Shown here one piece after another: positions 17,511-27,718 of a DNA stretch of 64,000 bases. The translations under genes were made by a program, and so were the position numbers. Under the pieces are notes generated by a model. It did not search any database. It was not told the origin of the DNA and was given only the letters and a program-made list of their open reading frames with translations. Positions within the stretch are counted from its first letter, which is position 1. Each line of letters begins with the position of its first letter. Source of the stretch: Candidatus Bathyarchaeota archaeon (GTDB lineage Archaea; Thermoproteota; Bathyarchaeia; TCS64; PIYN01). Location of the stretch: positions 10,479 through 74,478 of the forward strand of contig PIYN01000014.1 of NCBI GenBank assembly GCA_003601775.1, read 5' to 3'.

Positions 17511-18716
17511 TTACTCGAACTCTATCGTCGCCGGCGGCTTCGGCGTGATATCGAAGTAGACCCCAGAGACCTTGGGACAGGCCTCGAGGATCTCCGCGGC
17601 GGTCGCCTTCAGGAGGGACCAGGGCGCCTCGGCCACCTCAGCCGTTATGAAGTCCTTGGTCTTCACCGCCCTGACGGCTATGAGATAGTCCCCCTCCTCT
17701 CTCCCATCGATCCGATATAGGATGTGTGTGAACTCCCGATGCCTCTCTTGTAGGGCCGACTGCAGACGTCTCATCCTTCCCCACTCCAACTCCAGCGTCC
17801 TCCCCTGGGGATCCTCCGCCGAGACCGTGAGGACGCTCCCATAGGCCCTCCTCCCCTCGAAGATCCCCGTCCCCCGATCCCTTAGGGTGCGGGCCCTCAC
17901 CCGGGTCGCTGGGATGCCGAGGATGGACGCCGCCTCCTCTTGGACCTCCCCTCCCTCCTCCTCGTAGGCCTCGTCGAAGATCGCGGCGAAGTACTGGGCC
18001 GCCCCGATCCCCTTGAGTCCCTCTTCCACCGCCGCCGTCGCCCTCTTGAGCTCCTCCAGCTTCTCAGCCCTTATCTCCCCGACGACCCTGACGGAGAGCC
18101 CCGGCCCTGGGAAGGGCTGCCTCTCCGAGACCTCGGGTGGGGCGCCAAGGTAGCGGGCGACCTCCCTGACCTGATGCTTATAGAGGGCTTTAACAGGCTC
18201 TATGACCTTGAAACCGAAGCGCTCCACGGGGTCTATCCCGATCTGCTCCAGGATGTTGTGCTGGGTCTTTATCCCTCCCACCGTCTCCACGATATCCGCC
18301 TTTATCGTCCCCTGGACCAGGTAGGTGCACCCCTCCCTCTCAGCCGTCTCCCCCAGCACCCGGTAGAAGGTCTCCCTGAAGGCCTTCCTCTTCTCCTCCG
18401 CGTCCCTCAGCCCCCTCAAGGCCTCCATGAAGCGCTCCCTCTCATCCAGCACCTTCACGGGGAGGCCTAGGGGCGGCGAGGAGAGGATCCTCTTAACCCG
18501 CTGGGGCTCCCCGAGCCTCATGAAGTTGTCGTCTATGAAGACGCAGATGAGGTTATCCCCGATCGCCCTATGGGTCAGGACGGCGGAGGTGGTGCTGTCG
18601 ACTCCCCCGGAGACGGCGATGAGGGCCTTGGCGTCCCCGACCGCTCTCCTTATCTCCTCCACCTGCCTCTCCACGAAGGCCTCTACATCAAAAACCTCAG
18701 ACATCGAAACCTCCAA
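17511..18716 (-). CDS. guaA: GMP synthase (glutamine-hydrolysing) subunit B (ATP pyrophosphatase subunit)
   Basis: PP-loop SGGVDSTTSA; C-terminus ...TPKPPATIEFE matches the GMP synthase dimerisation domain end. 401 aa, about 90 aa longer than typical archaeal GuaA-B because of an internal insert. Confidence 0.8.
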   Translation of the reverse strand: MEVSMSEVFDVEAFVERQVEEIRRAVGDAKALIAVSGGVDSTTSAVLTHRAIGDNLICVFIDDNFMRLGEPQRVKRILSSPPLGLPVKVLDERERFMEALRGLRDAEEKRKAFRETFYRVLGETAEREGCTYLVQGTIKADIVETVGGIKTQHNILEQIGIDPVERFGFKVIEPVKALYKHQVREVARYLGAPPEVSERQPFPGPGLSVRVVGEIRAEKLEELKRATAAVEEGLKGIGAAQYFAAIFDEAYEEEGGEVQEEAASILGIPATRVRARTLRDRGTGIFEGRRAYGSVLTVSAEDPQGRTLELEWGRMRRLQSALQERHREFTHILYRIDGREEGDYLIAVRAVKTKDFITAEVAEAPWSLLKATAAEILEACPKVSGVYFDITPKPPATIEFE

Positions 18717-18753
18717 TAAATACCTCCTGAAGTAGTGATATAAATAGGGTTTC

Positions 18754-19314
18754 TTACTTAAGCCCCTTCATCAGATCCTCCTCGAAGATGGGGCGGGCCA
18801 TCTCCCAGGCGTCCTCCCCATCCATGTAGTACCCCACAATCCTCCTCGTCTTCCTGAACCCCAGCTTACTATAGAGCCTCAAGGCAGGCTCGTTCGATAC
18901 CCTCACCTCCAAGAAGCACTCCGTTGCACCGTACTCCACCGCGGCGTTCCTCATAGCCCGGAGCATGAGGGCGGTCGCGATCCCCCTCCTCCGATAGGCC
19001 TCCATGACGGCTATGGAGACGACGTGGCAGAGCCTCGTCAGGCGTAGGGCCCTGAGCTTCGATAAACCCCTCTCGATACGGCACATGATGTAGCCCTGGA
19101 TCTCGTCGTCCGCGACGGCGACGAGGAAGGTCTTGGGGAACCTATTATATAGGTCGAGGTAGAAGAAGGTGCTGTAGTTCTCAGGCAGGCACCGGGTATT
19201 TATCTCGATGACCCTATCGAGGTCCTCCCGCCGGAAGGTCCTGATCTCGAACCCCTCCAAGATCAAGGGCGACGCCTTCAAACACTCTCTGTTAGAACCT
19301 TTAAAGGTTTTCAC
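18754..19314 (-). CDS. GNAT family N-acetyltransferase (Ard1/RimI-like N-terminal acetyltransferase)
   Basis: 186 aa with acetyl-CoA binding motif RRRGIATALM and conserved EVRVSNEPALRLYSKLGF. Confidence 0.8.
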   Translation of the reverse strand: MKTFKGSNRECLKASPLILEGFEIRTFRREDLDRVIEINTRCLPENYSTFFYLDLYNRFPKTFLVAVADDEIQGYIMCRIERGLSKLRALRLTRLCHVVSIAVMEAYRRRGIATALMLRAMRNAAVEYGATECFLEVRVSNEPALRLYSKLGFRKTRRIVGYYMDGEDAWEMARPIFEEDLMKGLK

Positions 19315-19382
19315 TATAAAACCTTCATGGAGTAAATGCCCTTTTAAATACTGAGAGAGGAAGATCCTCTGAGGGTCGAGAC

Positions 19383-20261
19383 ATGATCGTCATACCTGGG
19401 CCCTCCTCACCGGGGCTTGGAGAGAAGGTCGCAGAGGGATTGGGCGTCGAGGTAGTCCCTGTGGAGCATAGGCTCTTCCCCGATGGGGAGAGCTACATAC
19501 GTCTAAAGGGCTCGGTGAGGGGAGAGGAGGTCGTCATCGTCCAGACGACTTCGCCGCCCCAAGATAGGCACCTCATCCAGCTCTTCCTCCTGGCCCGGAC
19601 GGCGAAGGACTATGGGGCTGAGAAAGTCGTCGCCGTCGTCCCCTACCTCGCCTATGCCCGACAGGATAAGCGTTTTCTGGAGGGCGAGGCCCTAAGCATC
19701 GATGTCGTCATCCGCCTGATCGAGGCCTCGGGCGTCGATGCCCTATTGACCCTCGATATCCACTCCCCCGATGTCTTAGAAAGGTTCACGATACCGGTCA
19801 AGAGCCTCTCTGCCATCCCCCTCATCGCCGAGCACCTCAAGGCCAAGGGCTTCGAGGGAGCCTTCAGCCTCTCCCCCGATAAGGGGGCCATCGAATTGGC
19901 CAAGATGGGTGACGCCGTCCTCGGCGGAGGATACGACGCCCTGGAGAAGGCTCGGGATCGACACACGGGGGAGGTGAGGACAAGGGAGAAGAGGCTCCCA
20001 GTGGAGGGGAGGGACGTCATCATCTTCGACGACATGATCTCCACGGGAGGGACGATGGCCCTGGCTGTGGGCCTCGCGAAGAAGTGTGGGGCGAGGAGGG
20101 TCGTCGCCGCCTGCACCCACCCGCTGCTGGTGGGGAGGGCGGTGGAGAGGATCCTCGAGGCAGGGGCGGATGAGATCGTGGGGACCGACTCGGTCCCTGG
20201 GCCCCACAGCGTCGTCTCGGTCGCCCCTCTCATCGTCGAGGGACTGTCGGACCTCCTGTGA
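19383..20261 (+). CDS. prs: ribose-phosphate pyrophosphokinase
   Basis: PRPP-binding motif VIIFDDMISTGGT and the N-terminal Prs domain; 292 aa. Confidence 0.9.
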   Translation: MIVIPGPSSPGLGEKVAEGLGVEVVPVEHRLFPDGESYIRLKGSVRGEEVVIVQTTSPPQDRHLIQLFLLARTAKDYGAEKVVAVVPYLAYARQDKRFLEGEALSIDVVIRLIEASGVDALLTLDIHSPDVLERFTIPVKSLSAIPLIAEHLKAKGFEGAFSLSPDKGAIELAKMGDAVLGGGYDALEKARDRHTGEVRTREKRLPVEGRDVIIFDDMISTGGTMALAVGLAKKCGARRVVAACTHPLLVGRAVERILEAGADEIVGTDSVPGPHSVVSVAPLIVEGLSDLL

Positions 20262-20303
20262 GGGCAAGACATATCTGTCCCCTCTCCCACATCCTCCCCG
20301 GAG

Positions 20304-20654
20304 TTGGCTGTGATGAGTAGCAGGATACGCCTTAAGGTCGCTTCCGTGAGGGCCGTGAGGGACGTGGAGATGAGGGAATGCTACCAGATAGAGTTCGTGG
20401 AGGTGAGGGAGAGACCCCCCATGGTGATGATGACCCCTCCCGAGGTCCCAAAGGAGATCAGCGACATGATGATCGAGATCAGCAGAGGCGTTCAGAGGAT
20501 CCTCCCCGGCGCCCAGGTGAAGCAGTACGAGCTGAAGAAGATGACCCTCATACTCACAGCGGAGGAGCTGGAGGCCTTCAAACTGAAGCCCTACCCCAAC
20601 CAGACCTACGAACTCACAATAACGGAGGGAACCCTAAACTTCAAGGAGATATGA
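20304..20654 (+). CDS. hypothetical protein (116 aa), no recognisable domain
   Basis: ORF with host-like GC-rich codon usage between prs and sucC. Confidence 0.3.
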   Translation: MAVMSSRIRLKVASVRAVRDVEMRECYQIEFVEVRERPPMVMMTPPEVPKEISDMMIEISRGVQRILPGAQVKQYELKKMTLILTAEELEAFKLKPYPNQTYELTITEGTLNFKEI

Positions 20655-20803
20655 AACTTAGAGACCGCAGAGATTGAGAAAATTAACTATCTATGTCACC
20701 TATTCTGATTGGGATCTAAGGGAGAGGAGTTATGTGTTTGCTCACTCCTTTTTAAGCTGATGATCCCCATTCTGTCTTAGAAGGCTCTCGGAGTGGTTGG
20801 CGG

Positions 20804-21949
20804 TTGAATCTCCTCGAGTTTGAGGCTAAGGAGGTCTTCTCCAGGTATGGGATACCGGTCCCGCGGGGGGAGGTCGCCTCGACGCCCTCTCAGGCGGAGG
20901 AGGTGGCGGAGAGGCTTGGAGTGCCTGTGGCCGTCAAGGCGCAGGTGGCGGCTGGAGGGAGGGGGAAGGCCGGTGGGATCCTCTTCGCCGAGACGCCCCA
21001 GGAGGCGAGGGACGTGGCGGGGAGGCTACTGGGGAGCGAGATCCATGGCCTCAGGGTGAGGAAGGTCCTCGTGGAGGAGAGGCTCAGGATAAAGAGGGAG
21101 CTCTACTTCGGGATCACCGTGGATAGGTCGAGTAGGTGCTACGTCGCCATCGCCTCCTCTGAGGGCGGGGTCGAGATAGAGGAGGTCGCCGCCACGGCCC
21201 CGGAGAGGATCGTCAGGTTCCCCATCGATCCCCTCTATGGCCTCAAGTCCTACCATGCCCTACGGATCGCCAAGGCCCTGGGCTACAGCGGCAGACAGTT
21301 GAGGAGCCTCTCCTCCCTCTTCCATCGCCTATATACCTTGGCGGTGGAGCAGGACGCGGAGTTGACGGAGATCAACCCCCTCGTGGAGACCCCTGAGGGG
21401 GAGTTCATCGCGGCGGATGCCCGGTTGAACATCGACGACAACGCCCTCTTCAGGCACCCCGAGTTCAAGGAGAGGCTCTTCTCGGAGGAGCGGGGTGACC
21501 TCACGCCGGAGGAGCTGGAGGCGAGGAGGAGGGGGCTGGCCTACGTCAAGCTCGACGGGGAGATCGGCGTCATCGGGAACGGCGCTGGGTTGACGATGGC
21601 GACCCTCGACATGATCAGGCTGCAGGGAGGGAGGGCGGCGGACTTCCTCGACTTGGGGGGCGGGGCCTCCTCGGAGAGGATGTCCTCGGCCCTGAGCCTC
21701 CTCTTCTCCGACCCGAGGGTGAGGGTGGTCCTCATCAACATCCTCGGGGGGATAACCCGATGCGATGAAGTGGCCCGGGGCATCCTCGAGGTGAAGGAGA
21801 AGATGGGCTTCCGGAGGCCGATAGTGGTGAGGATGATAGGGACGAACGAGGAGGAGGGGAGGCGCATCCTCAGGGAGGCCGGCGTCGAGGTCCTGGAGAG
21901 CATGGAGGAGGCCGCCGAGAGGGCGGTGGAGATCGCGAGGAGGGAGTAG
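20804..21949 (+). CDS. sucC: succinyl-CoA synthetase beta subunit
   Basis: ATP-grasp N-terminus [20 protein letters not shown] and ligase-CoA domain [13 protein letters not shown]...[11 protein letters not shown]. Confidence 0.9.
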   Translation: MNLLEFEAKEVFSRYGIPVPRGEVASTPSQAEEVAERLGVPVAVKAQVAAGGRGKAGGILFAETPQEARDVAGRLLGSEIHGLRVRKVLVEERLRIKRELYFGITVDRSSRCYVAIASSEGGVEIEEVAATAPERIVRFPIDPLYGLKSYHALRIAKALGYSGRQLRSLSSLFHRLYTLAVEQDAELTEINPLVETPEGEFIAADARLNIDDNALFRHPEFKERLFSEERGDLTPEELEARRRGLAYVKLDGEIGVIGNGAGLTMATLDMIRLQGGRAADFLDLGGGASSERMSSALSLLFSDPRVRVVLINILGGITRCDEVARGILEVKEKMGFRRPIVVRMIGTNEEEGRRILREAGVEVLESMEEAAERAVEIARRE

Positions 21950-21950
21950 G

Positions 21951-22829
21951 ATGGGCATCTTCGTGGACAGGGAGACGAGGGCGATCGTCCAGGGGATCAC
22001 AGGGACCCAGGGGCGCTTCCACACCAGGCTCATGCTGGACTACGGGACGAAGATCGTCGCCGGCGTCACCCCGGGGAGGGGGGGGATGGAGGTCCACGGC
22101 GTGCCTGTCTACGACACCATCGAGGAGGCCCTCGGGAAGCACGAGGCGGAGGCCTCCATCATCTTCGTCCCCGCCCCCTTCGCCCTCGACGCGGCCCTCG
22201 AGGCTCTGGAGAACGGCCTCAAGACCATCGTCATCATAACGGAGGGCATCCCCATCAGGGACTCGATGGAGATCGTGGCCAGGGCCAAGCAGCGTGGCGC
22301 CACCATCATAGGGCCCAACACCCCAGGCGTGATAACTGTGGGGGAGTGTAAGCTCGGGATCATGCCCGCCCAGGTCTTCAAGGAGGGATCAGTGGGGGTC
22401 GCCTCCAGGAGCGGGACGCTGACCTACGAGATCGCAGCAGCCATCTCCCGTGGGGGCTTCGGTGTCTCGACCTGCGTAGGGATCGGCGGCGACCCCATCA
22501 CGGGCCTCAACTTCGTCGAGGTCCTGGAGCGGTTCAGGGACGACCCCTCCACGGAGGCGGTGATCCTCATAGGGGAGATCGGCGGGGACCTGGAGGAGAG
22601 GGCCGCAAGGTACATCTTGGAGCAGGGTTATCTGAAGCCCGTCGCGGCCTTCATCGCCGGGAGGAGCGCAGTGGCGGGGAAGAGGATGGGGCACGCGGGG
22701 GCGATCATCCAGGGGAGGGCTGGGACGGCTGAGAGCAAGATCCAAGCCTTGAGAGAGGCGGGAGTGGAGGTCGCTGAGAGGCCTGGGGAGATCGCTAAGA
22801 TCGTGGGAGAACTGCTGGGCAGAGATTAG
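21951..22829 (+). CDS. sucD: succinyl-CoA synthetase alpha subunit
   Basis: CoA-binding domain [21 protein letters not shown], with the phospho-histidine loop in SRSGTLTYE plus the MGHAGAI motif; translationally coupled to sucC. Confidence 0.9.
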   Translation: MGIFVDRETRAIVQGITGTQGRFHTRLMLDYGTKIVAGVTPGRGGMEVHGVPVYDTIEEALGKHEAEASIIFVPAPFALDAALEALENGLKTIVIITEGIPIRDSMEIVARAKQRGATIIGPNTPGVITVGECKLGIMPAQVFKEGSVGVASRSGTLTYEIAAAISRGGFGVSTCVGIGGDPITGLNFVEVLERFRDDPSTEAVILIGEIGGDLEERAARYILEQGYLKPVAAFIAGRSAVAGKRMGHAGAIIQGRAGTAESKIQALREAGVEVAERPGEIAKIVGELLGRD

Positions 22830-22849
22830 GCAAAAAAGAGGGAAAAGCC

Positions 22850-23083
22850 CTACTTCATCGCCTTCAGAGCCCTTTGGAGGCTCCTCACCACCCCCTCCAT
22901 CCCCTCGACGGCCTCGGATAGATGAGCCGCGGCGGACGATAGACCCATCTCCTCCGCCCTCTCAGCCCACTCCCTGAAGCTCTCCCCGTGCTCTCGGCTG
23001 TGCTCGATCCAGTGCTCCAGGAGTTTCTCCAGTCTGAGCCTGTCTTCCTCCAAACCCTTAACCTCAGAGGATAGAGCCCACAT
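22850..23083 (-). CDS. small helical hypothetical protein (77 aa)
   Basis: ORF immediately downstream of 23096..23602 on the same strand. Confidence 0.3.
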   Translation of the reverse strand: MWALSSEVKGLEEDRLRLEKLLEHWIEHSREHGESFREWAERAEEMGLSSAAAHLSEAVEGMEGVVRSLQRALKAMK

Positions 23084-23095
23084 CTGGATATAAGC

Positions 23096-23602
23096 CTATC
23101 CGCCCTTCTCCACCCTCATCCTCACGAGGCAGGGCTCCTCAACCGAGGCCCTGTACCGTTCCAATAGGAGCCTCAGCCTCGGGTCGAACCTCCTGAGGAC
23201 CGCCTCTATGGAGGGGAGGGTGATGTGGGTGCAGAGGCCCTCCATCCAGAAGCCGCACTCGAGGCCTATATCGAGGTAGGCCTCGTAGATGGGGCACCTC
23301 CCCACCCGGATCAGGGCCCCCTCCTCTCCCTCCTTCTCCACGGTGAACTGGACGCCGAGGTCCCCCATGAAGCAGCGGTAGACCTCTAACCCCCTTTCCA
23401 AGGAGTCTGTCATCCCCTTAAGAGAGGATAACTCCTTCTCAACGATCTCCGCCTGGCGCTCCACAGCCCTTGAGAGGGACTCGAGGGCCCTATCAGTCCC
23501 CAGTCTCTCTATGACCTCCATGAGGAATAAAAAGCAGAGGGCGTAGACCCTACGGACGCCGTTGAATGGGTCCCTCTCCCCCAGGGGGCTTCCAGACCTC
23601 AC
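23096..23602 (-). CDS. Cys-containing hypothetical protein (168 aa), co-transcribed downstream of the acdA-type gene
   Basis: 4-nt overlap with the upstream gene stop. Conserved-looking segment GRCPIYEAYLDIGLECGFWMEGLC. Any assignment (for example ATC-hydrolase-like) is tentative. Confidence 0.4.
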   Translation of the reverse strand: MRSGSPLGERDPFNGVRRVYALCFLFLMEVIERLGTDRALESLSRAVERQAEIVEKELSSLKGMTDSLERGLEVYRCFMGDLGVQFTVEKEGEEGALIRVGRCPIYEAYLDIGLECGFWMEGLCTHITLPSIEAVLRRFDPRLRLLLERYRASVEEPCLVRMRVEKGG

Positions 23603-25026
23603 TCCTTCCCAGCCTTTTCCAGGTACTGCTTGTACCTCCAGAGGGCGCCCATCACCTCGGCGGCCCGTTCGGGGGTGATGTAGACGGGTACCCTCGCCTC
23701 CTCCAAGATCTTCGAGGCCTCGGGCTCTATATCCGCCGCGGGGTTGATGACGAGGACGGGCTTCTCATACTTCTTGTAGGTCGCAATCAGTTGGTCGTTC
23801 AGCCACTTGTAGATCCCCATGAAGTCCTCGGGCTTCACGTCGGGGAACATGGTGTGCATAACGGAGGTCCCAAGGCCGATAGTGATGAGGCCGTCGATCT
23901 CGGGGTCGCTGAGGACGATCTCAGGGACTCTGAGGAAGGAGTTCATGTTCAGCGAGGCGGTGAGGTCCACGGGGTTCCTGGGGTTCCCGAAGGGGGGTAT
24001 CACCTTCAGTATCTCCTTCTGCCGCTCCTCCGATAGCGTCGGGACGGTGAGGCCGTTCTGGACGAGGGAGTCCGTCGTCTCGACGCAGATCCCCCCGGAG
24101 TTCGAGACGACGCCGATCCTGTTCCCCTTCGGGAGGGGCGCGTAGAGGAAGCCCTTGATGATGTCGAACATCTGCGTCGCATCCCTGGCTCTTATGATCC
24201 CCGCCTGCTTGAACATCGCGTCGTAGAGCTTATCGGACCCCGCAAGGGCGCCGGTGTGCGACGCGGCGGCCCTCCCCCCCGCCTCCGTCGTCCCCACCTT
24301 GATAACGACGATGGGTTTCTTCTTCGTCACCTCCCTCGCCACCTCGAAGAACTCCCTCCCCCGCTTCAGGCCCTCGATGTACATCGCGATGACCTTGACC
24401 CTATCGTCCTCGCCGAAGTACCTGATGTAGTCGACCGCGGTCAGGTCGGCCTCGTTCCCGGAGCTGATGAAGGAGGAGATGCCGACGCCCATCGCCGAGG
24501 CGCGGAGGTAGAGTTGGAGGCCATATCCGCCGCTCTGTGAGATGAAGGCGACCTCTCCCTTCTCATGGAGGAAGGGTATCATGAGGGCGCTCAGTTTCGC
24601 CTCAGAGCTGCAGATGCCCATGCAGTTGGGCCCGATGAACCGCATCCCCCCCTTCCTCGCTATCTCGACGATCTCGTCTTGGAGACGCTTCCCCTCCTCT
24701 CCGGTCTCGCCGAAGCCTGAGGTGATGATGACGGCGCCCTTCACGCCCTTCTCGACGCAATCTCGCATCACCGTCGGGACGATCCTCGCCGGGACGACGA
24801 TGATCGCCATATCCACATCCTCGGGGACCTCCGTCACCCGCGGATAGACCTTCAGCCCCAGGATCTCCTTCTCCCTCGGGTTGATGGGGTAGAGCCGCCC
24901 CTCGTAGCCGCCCTTGATGATGGCTGAGAGGAGCATGTGCCCCCACTTGAAGGGGTCCTTAGAGGCGCCGATGACGGCTATGCTCGAGGGGTAAAGGATC
25001 TTGTCTAGGGCCTCTTTGGCTTCCAT
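23599..25026 (-). CDS. acetyl/acyl-CoA synthetase (NDP-forming) alpha subunit
   Basis: 475 aa; CoA-binding Rossmann SIAVIGASKDPFKWGH, succinyl-CoA-synthetase-like flavodoxin domain with GPNCMGI and ISQSGGYG motifs. Confidence 0.8.
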   Translation of the reverse strand: MEAKEALDKILYPSSIAVIGASKDPFKWGHMLLSAIIKGGYEGRLYPINPREKEILGLKVYPRVTEVPEDVDMAIIVVPARIVPTVMRDCVEKGVKGAVIITSGFGETGEEGKRLQDEIVEIARKGGMRFIGPNCMGICSSEAKLSALMIPFLHEKGEVAFISQSGGYGLQLYLRASAMGVGISSFISSGNEADLTAVDYIRYFGEDDRVKVIAMYIEGLKRGREFFEVAREVTKKKPIVVIKVGTTEAGGRAAASHTGALAGSDKLYDAMFKQAGIIRARDATQMFDIIKGFLYAPLPKGNRIGVVSNSGGICVETTDSLVQNGLTVPTLSEERQKEILKVIPPFGNPRNPVDLTASLNMNSFLRVPEIVLSDPEIDGLITIGLGTSVMHTMFPDVKPEDFMGIYKWLNDQLIATYKKYEKPVLVINPAADIEPEASKILEEARVPVYITPERAAEVMGALWRYKQYLEKAGKE

Positions 25027-25129
25027 CTCTCCTCAACTCCAAGCTTCCTCTCTAATGGGATGGGAATCTATATAAAAGTGGTCCCATAGACTTATAGGGA
25101 TTGCCCAAGAAGGGGTTAGGTGAGTTGGG

Positions 25130-25516
25130 ATGGTAAGGTTTCTGAGCGAGGAGTACTTCAAGCACGTCCAGAAGGTCGCGAACACCGACGAGGAGTTCCA
25201 GATAAAGGCGAGGGGCTTCACCGGCTCCTTCACCTTCAAGGTTACGGATAAGGAGGACCTCCCACCCATCTACGTGATGTTCGAGGATGGGAAGATCACG
25301 GAGGTCAGGGAGCTCAAGGAGGGGGAGGAGACGGACTACGCCCTCGAGGGACCCTATGAGATCTGGGTGAAGGTGAACAAGGGGGAGCTGGATGGGGCGA
25401 ACGCCATAATGACGAGGCAGCTGAGGTTCCTGGGGAGCATGAGTAGCATCATAAGGTATAGCAAGGCCTTCCTGAGGCTCTTCACCGTTATGTCAGAGGT
25501 GGAGGTCGAGTACTGA
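25130..25516 (+). CDS. SCP2 sterol-carrier-like domain protein
   Basis: 128 aa; C-terminal pattern GELDGANAIMTRQLRFLGSMSSIIRYSKAF resembles the SCP2 fold. Confidence 0.5.
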   Translation: MVRFLSEEYFKHVQKVANTDEEFQIKARGFTGSFTFKVTDKEDLPPIYVMFEDGKITEVRELKEGEETDYALEGPYEIWVKVNKGELDGANAIMTRQLRFLGSMSSIIRYSKAFLRLFTVMSEVEVEY

Positions 25517-25557
25517 CCTGAGGAATCGCACCCCTTCCTTTTTATAAAAATGGAGGT

Positions 25558-26778
25558 TTAGACCCTCTCCTTCAAGAGATCCCCGAGGATCTTGATGCCC
25601 TCGACGATGCCCTCCTTCGAGGGGAAGCTGTAGTTGAGGCGCATGTAGTTCGTCTTAGACGGGTCTGTGAAGAAGTTGGAGCCGGGTATGTAGGCCACAC
25701 CCCTCTCGACTGCCTCGAAGACCATCTCGGAGGCATCTACTCCTTCGGGAAGCCTCACCCAGAGGAAGAGACCCCCTCTCGGCCTGTTCCACTCGGCCTC
25801 CTTCGGGAAGTAGACCTCCATCGACTCGAGCATCAGGTCCCGCTTCTCCCGGTAGACGTCGGTCACCTTCCTGACCTGCCTCTCTACCACCCCCCTGCTG
25901 AGGAGCTCTGAGGCCACGTACTGGCTGAGGCCGTCGGAGCAGAGGTCTACGGCGCTCTTGGCTATGGCCAGCTTCTTCACGATCTCCTCCTCTGCTGCCA
26001 CCCACCCGATCCTGAGGCCTGGGGAGACGATCTTCGAGAAGGTGCTGAGGTAGATGACCCTCCCGCCCTCGTCGAAGGCCTTGATGGGTGTGGGTGGCTC
26101 CCCCTCGAAGGCTATGTACCCATAGGGGTTGTCCTCCACTATGAGGAAGTCATGCTCCTCCGCCATCTCGAGCAGTCTCCTCCTATTGGGCTGAGGCATG
26201 ACGACCCCCGTGGGGTTCTGGAAGGAGGGAACCACGTAGAGCATCTTCATGCCCTTACCCTCTCTCCTAAGCCTCTCCAGTTCCTCCTCCAGAGCTCCCA
26301 GATTGAGGCCTTCATCGCCGACGGGGATGGTGAGGAACCGGGGGGAGAACTGCTTGAAGGCGGAGAGGGCCGCCAGGTAGGTGGGTGAACCGACGCCTAT
26401 GATGTCGCCCTCATTTATGAAGACCCTGGAGATGAGGTCGAGGGCCTGCTGGGACCCCGTCGTCACGAGGACCTCCCTCTCCGGGTCCACGGTTATCTCA
26501 CTCCCCTTCATGAACTTTGATAGGGCATCCCTCAGCCTCCAATACCCTTGATTCGAGCCGTATTGGAGGATCTCCCTCCATGCAGTATCGGGGACCTCCT
26601 GGAGCACCTCCCTGATTTCGGCGACTGGCAGGGAGGGGGGGTCGTAGCTCCCTCCGGTGAGGGAGATGAGCTTCTTCCCCTTCTTCGCCATCTCGAAGGC
26701 CGCCAACACGATTTCCGTGATGATCCCGGGCTTGTAGCTCCTCCCGAGGTCTGAGAAGAACCTATCCTTCCCAACCAT
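25558..26778 (-). CDS. PLP-dependent aminotransferase, class I/II (2-aminoadipate/aromatic aminotransferase-like)
   Basis: Fold-type I pattern with PLP-Lys in STFSKIVSPGLRIGW and NPTG motif. The start is set at MVGKDRFF because the longer ORF (to 26901) would overlap the divergent porG. Confidence 0.75.
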   Translation of the reverse strand: MVGKDRFFSDLGRSYKPGIITEIVLAAFEMAKKGKKLISLTGGSYDPPSLPVAEIREVLQEVPDTAWREILQYGSNQGYWRLRDALSKFMKGSEITVDPEREVLVTTGSQQALDLISRVFINEGDIIGVGSPTYLAALSAFKQFSPRFLTIPVGDEGLNLGALEEELERLRREGKGMKMLYVVPSFQNPTGVVMPQPNRRRLLEMAEEHDFLIVEDNPYGYIAFEGEPPTPIKAFDEGGRVIYLSTFSKIVSPGLRIGWVAAEEEIVKKLAIAKSAVDLCSDGLSQYVASELLSRGVVERQVRKVTDVYREKRDLMLESMEVYFPKEAEWNRPRGGLFLWVRLPEGVDASEMVFEAVERGVAYIPGSNFFTDPSKTNYMRLNYSFPSKEGIVEGIKILGDLLKERV

Positions 26779-26862
26779 CTCCCGATGCTCTCCAACCCTT
26801 AAATCAAAAGCACTATATTTAACCCTTGGGACTCCCATAGGAGGCTTGAGGGTGGATCTCCC

Positions 26863-27423
26863 TTGATCGAGGAGATAAGGCTTCATGGGAGGGGTGGACA
26901 AGGCGTCGTCGTAAGCGGGGAGCTGATGGCCATAGCGGCCTCCTACGAGGGAAAGTTCTGCAGGGCCTTCCCCTTCTACGGGGCGTCGAGGAGAGGTGCA
27001 CCCGTCGTCGCCTTCGTCCAGATAGGAGACCCGGAGGAGGCGACGAGGGCCCAGGTCTACACGCCGAGGTACCTCTTCATCCTCGACCCGAGGATGGTCG
27101 GGGCCGCCGGCGTGATCAAGGGGCTGAAGGAAGGGGGGGTAGCCGTGGCGAACTCCGGTAAAGAACCTGAGGAGGTCGCGGATTCCCTCGGGGTGAAGCT
27201 CTCTAAGGTGGGTGTCGTCGATGCCACCGCAATAGGGATCGAGATCCTCGGGAGGCCGATCCCCAACACGGCCCTCTTAGGGGCCTTCGCTAAGACGACC
27301 GGCCTCCTCCGCCTGAACTCTCTGGAGAGGGCGATCAGGAAGAGGTTCCAGGGCGAGGCCGCCGAGCTGAACGTGAAGGCCGCCGAGATGGGTTATGAGA
27401 GGGTCAGAATCTGGGAGCCTTAG
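26863..27423 (+). CDS. porG: 2-oxoacid:ferredoxin oxidoreductase gamma subunit (cluster 1)
   Basis: IRLHGRGGQGVV N-terminus typical of POR/VOR gamma subunits; 186 aa. Confidence 0.85.
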   Translation: MIEEIRLHGRGGQGVVVSGELMAIAASYEGKFCRAFPFYGASRRGAPVVAFVQIGDPEEATRAQVYTPRYLFILDPRMVGAAGVIKGLKEGGVAVANSGKEPEEVADSLGVKLSKVGVVDATAIGIEILGRPIPNTALLGAFAKTTGLLRLNSLERAIRKRFQGEAAELNVKAAEMGYERVRIWEP

Positions 27424-27435
27424 GAGGTTGCCGTC

Positions 27436-27714
27436 TTGGTCTTGGCGAAGGGTGAGGTCTCCGAGGTGAAGGGGCTGATGCTCCGGGGAGGGAGGAGCGT
27501 CGGAGGGCGGTACGTCGCCGACTGGCGTACCTTCAGGCCGGTCGTCGATGCCAGTAAGTGTAGGAAGTGCTGGCTCTGCGTGATGTACTGCCCCGAGGGG
27601 GCGATAGGAAGGGGAGAGGAAGGGGCCGTCATTGACCTCCGCTTCTGTAAGGGCTGCGGCATCTGTGCCAATGAATGTCCCGCAGGGGCGATAGAGATGG
27701 TGAGGGAGGAGTGA
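27436..27714 (+). CDS. porD: 2-oxoacid:ferredoxin oxidoreductase delta subunit (2x[4Fe-4S] ferredoxin)
   Basis: Two ferredoxin cysteine motifs CRKCWLCVMYCP and CKGCGICANECP; TTG start preceded by GGAGG. Confidence 0.85.
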   Translation: MVLAKGEVSEVKGLMLRGGRSVGGRYVADWRTFRPVVDASKCRKCWLCVMYCPEGAIGRGEEGAVIDLRFCKGCGICANECPAGAIEMVREE

Positions 27715-27718
27715 GGAT

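Noticed and set aside
20700-20803. Possible C/D box sRNA (UGAUGA at about 20757) in the prs-sucC spacer
   Set aside because: No downstream CUGA D box or terminal stem in the right order or spacing on either strand.
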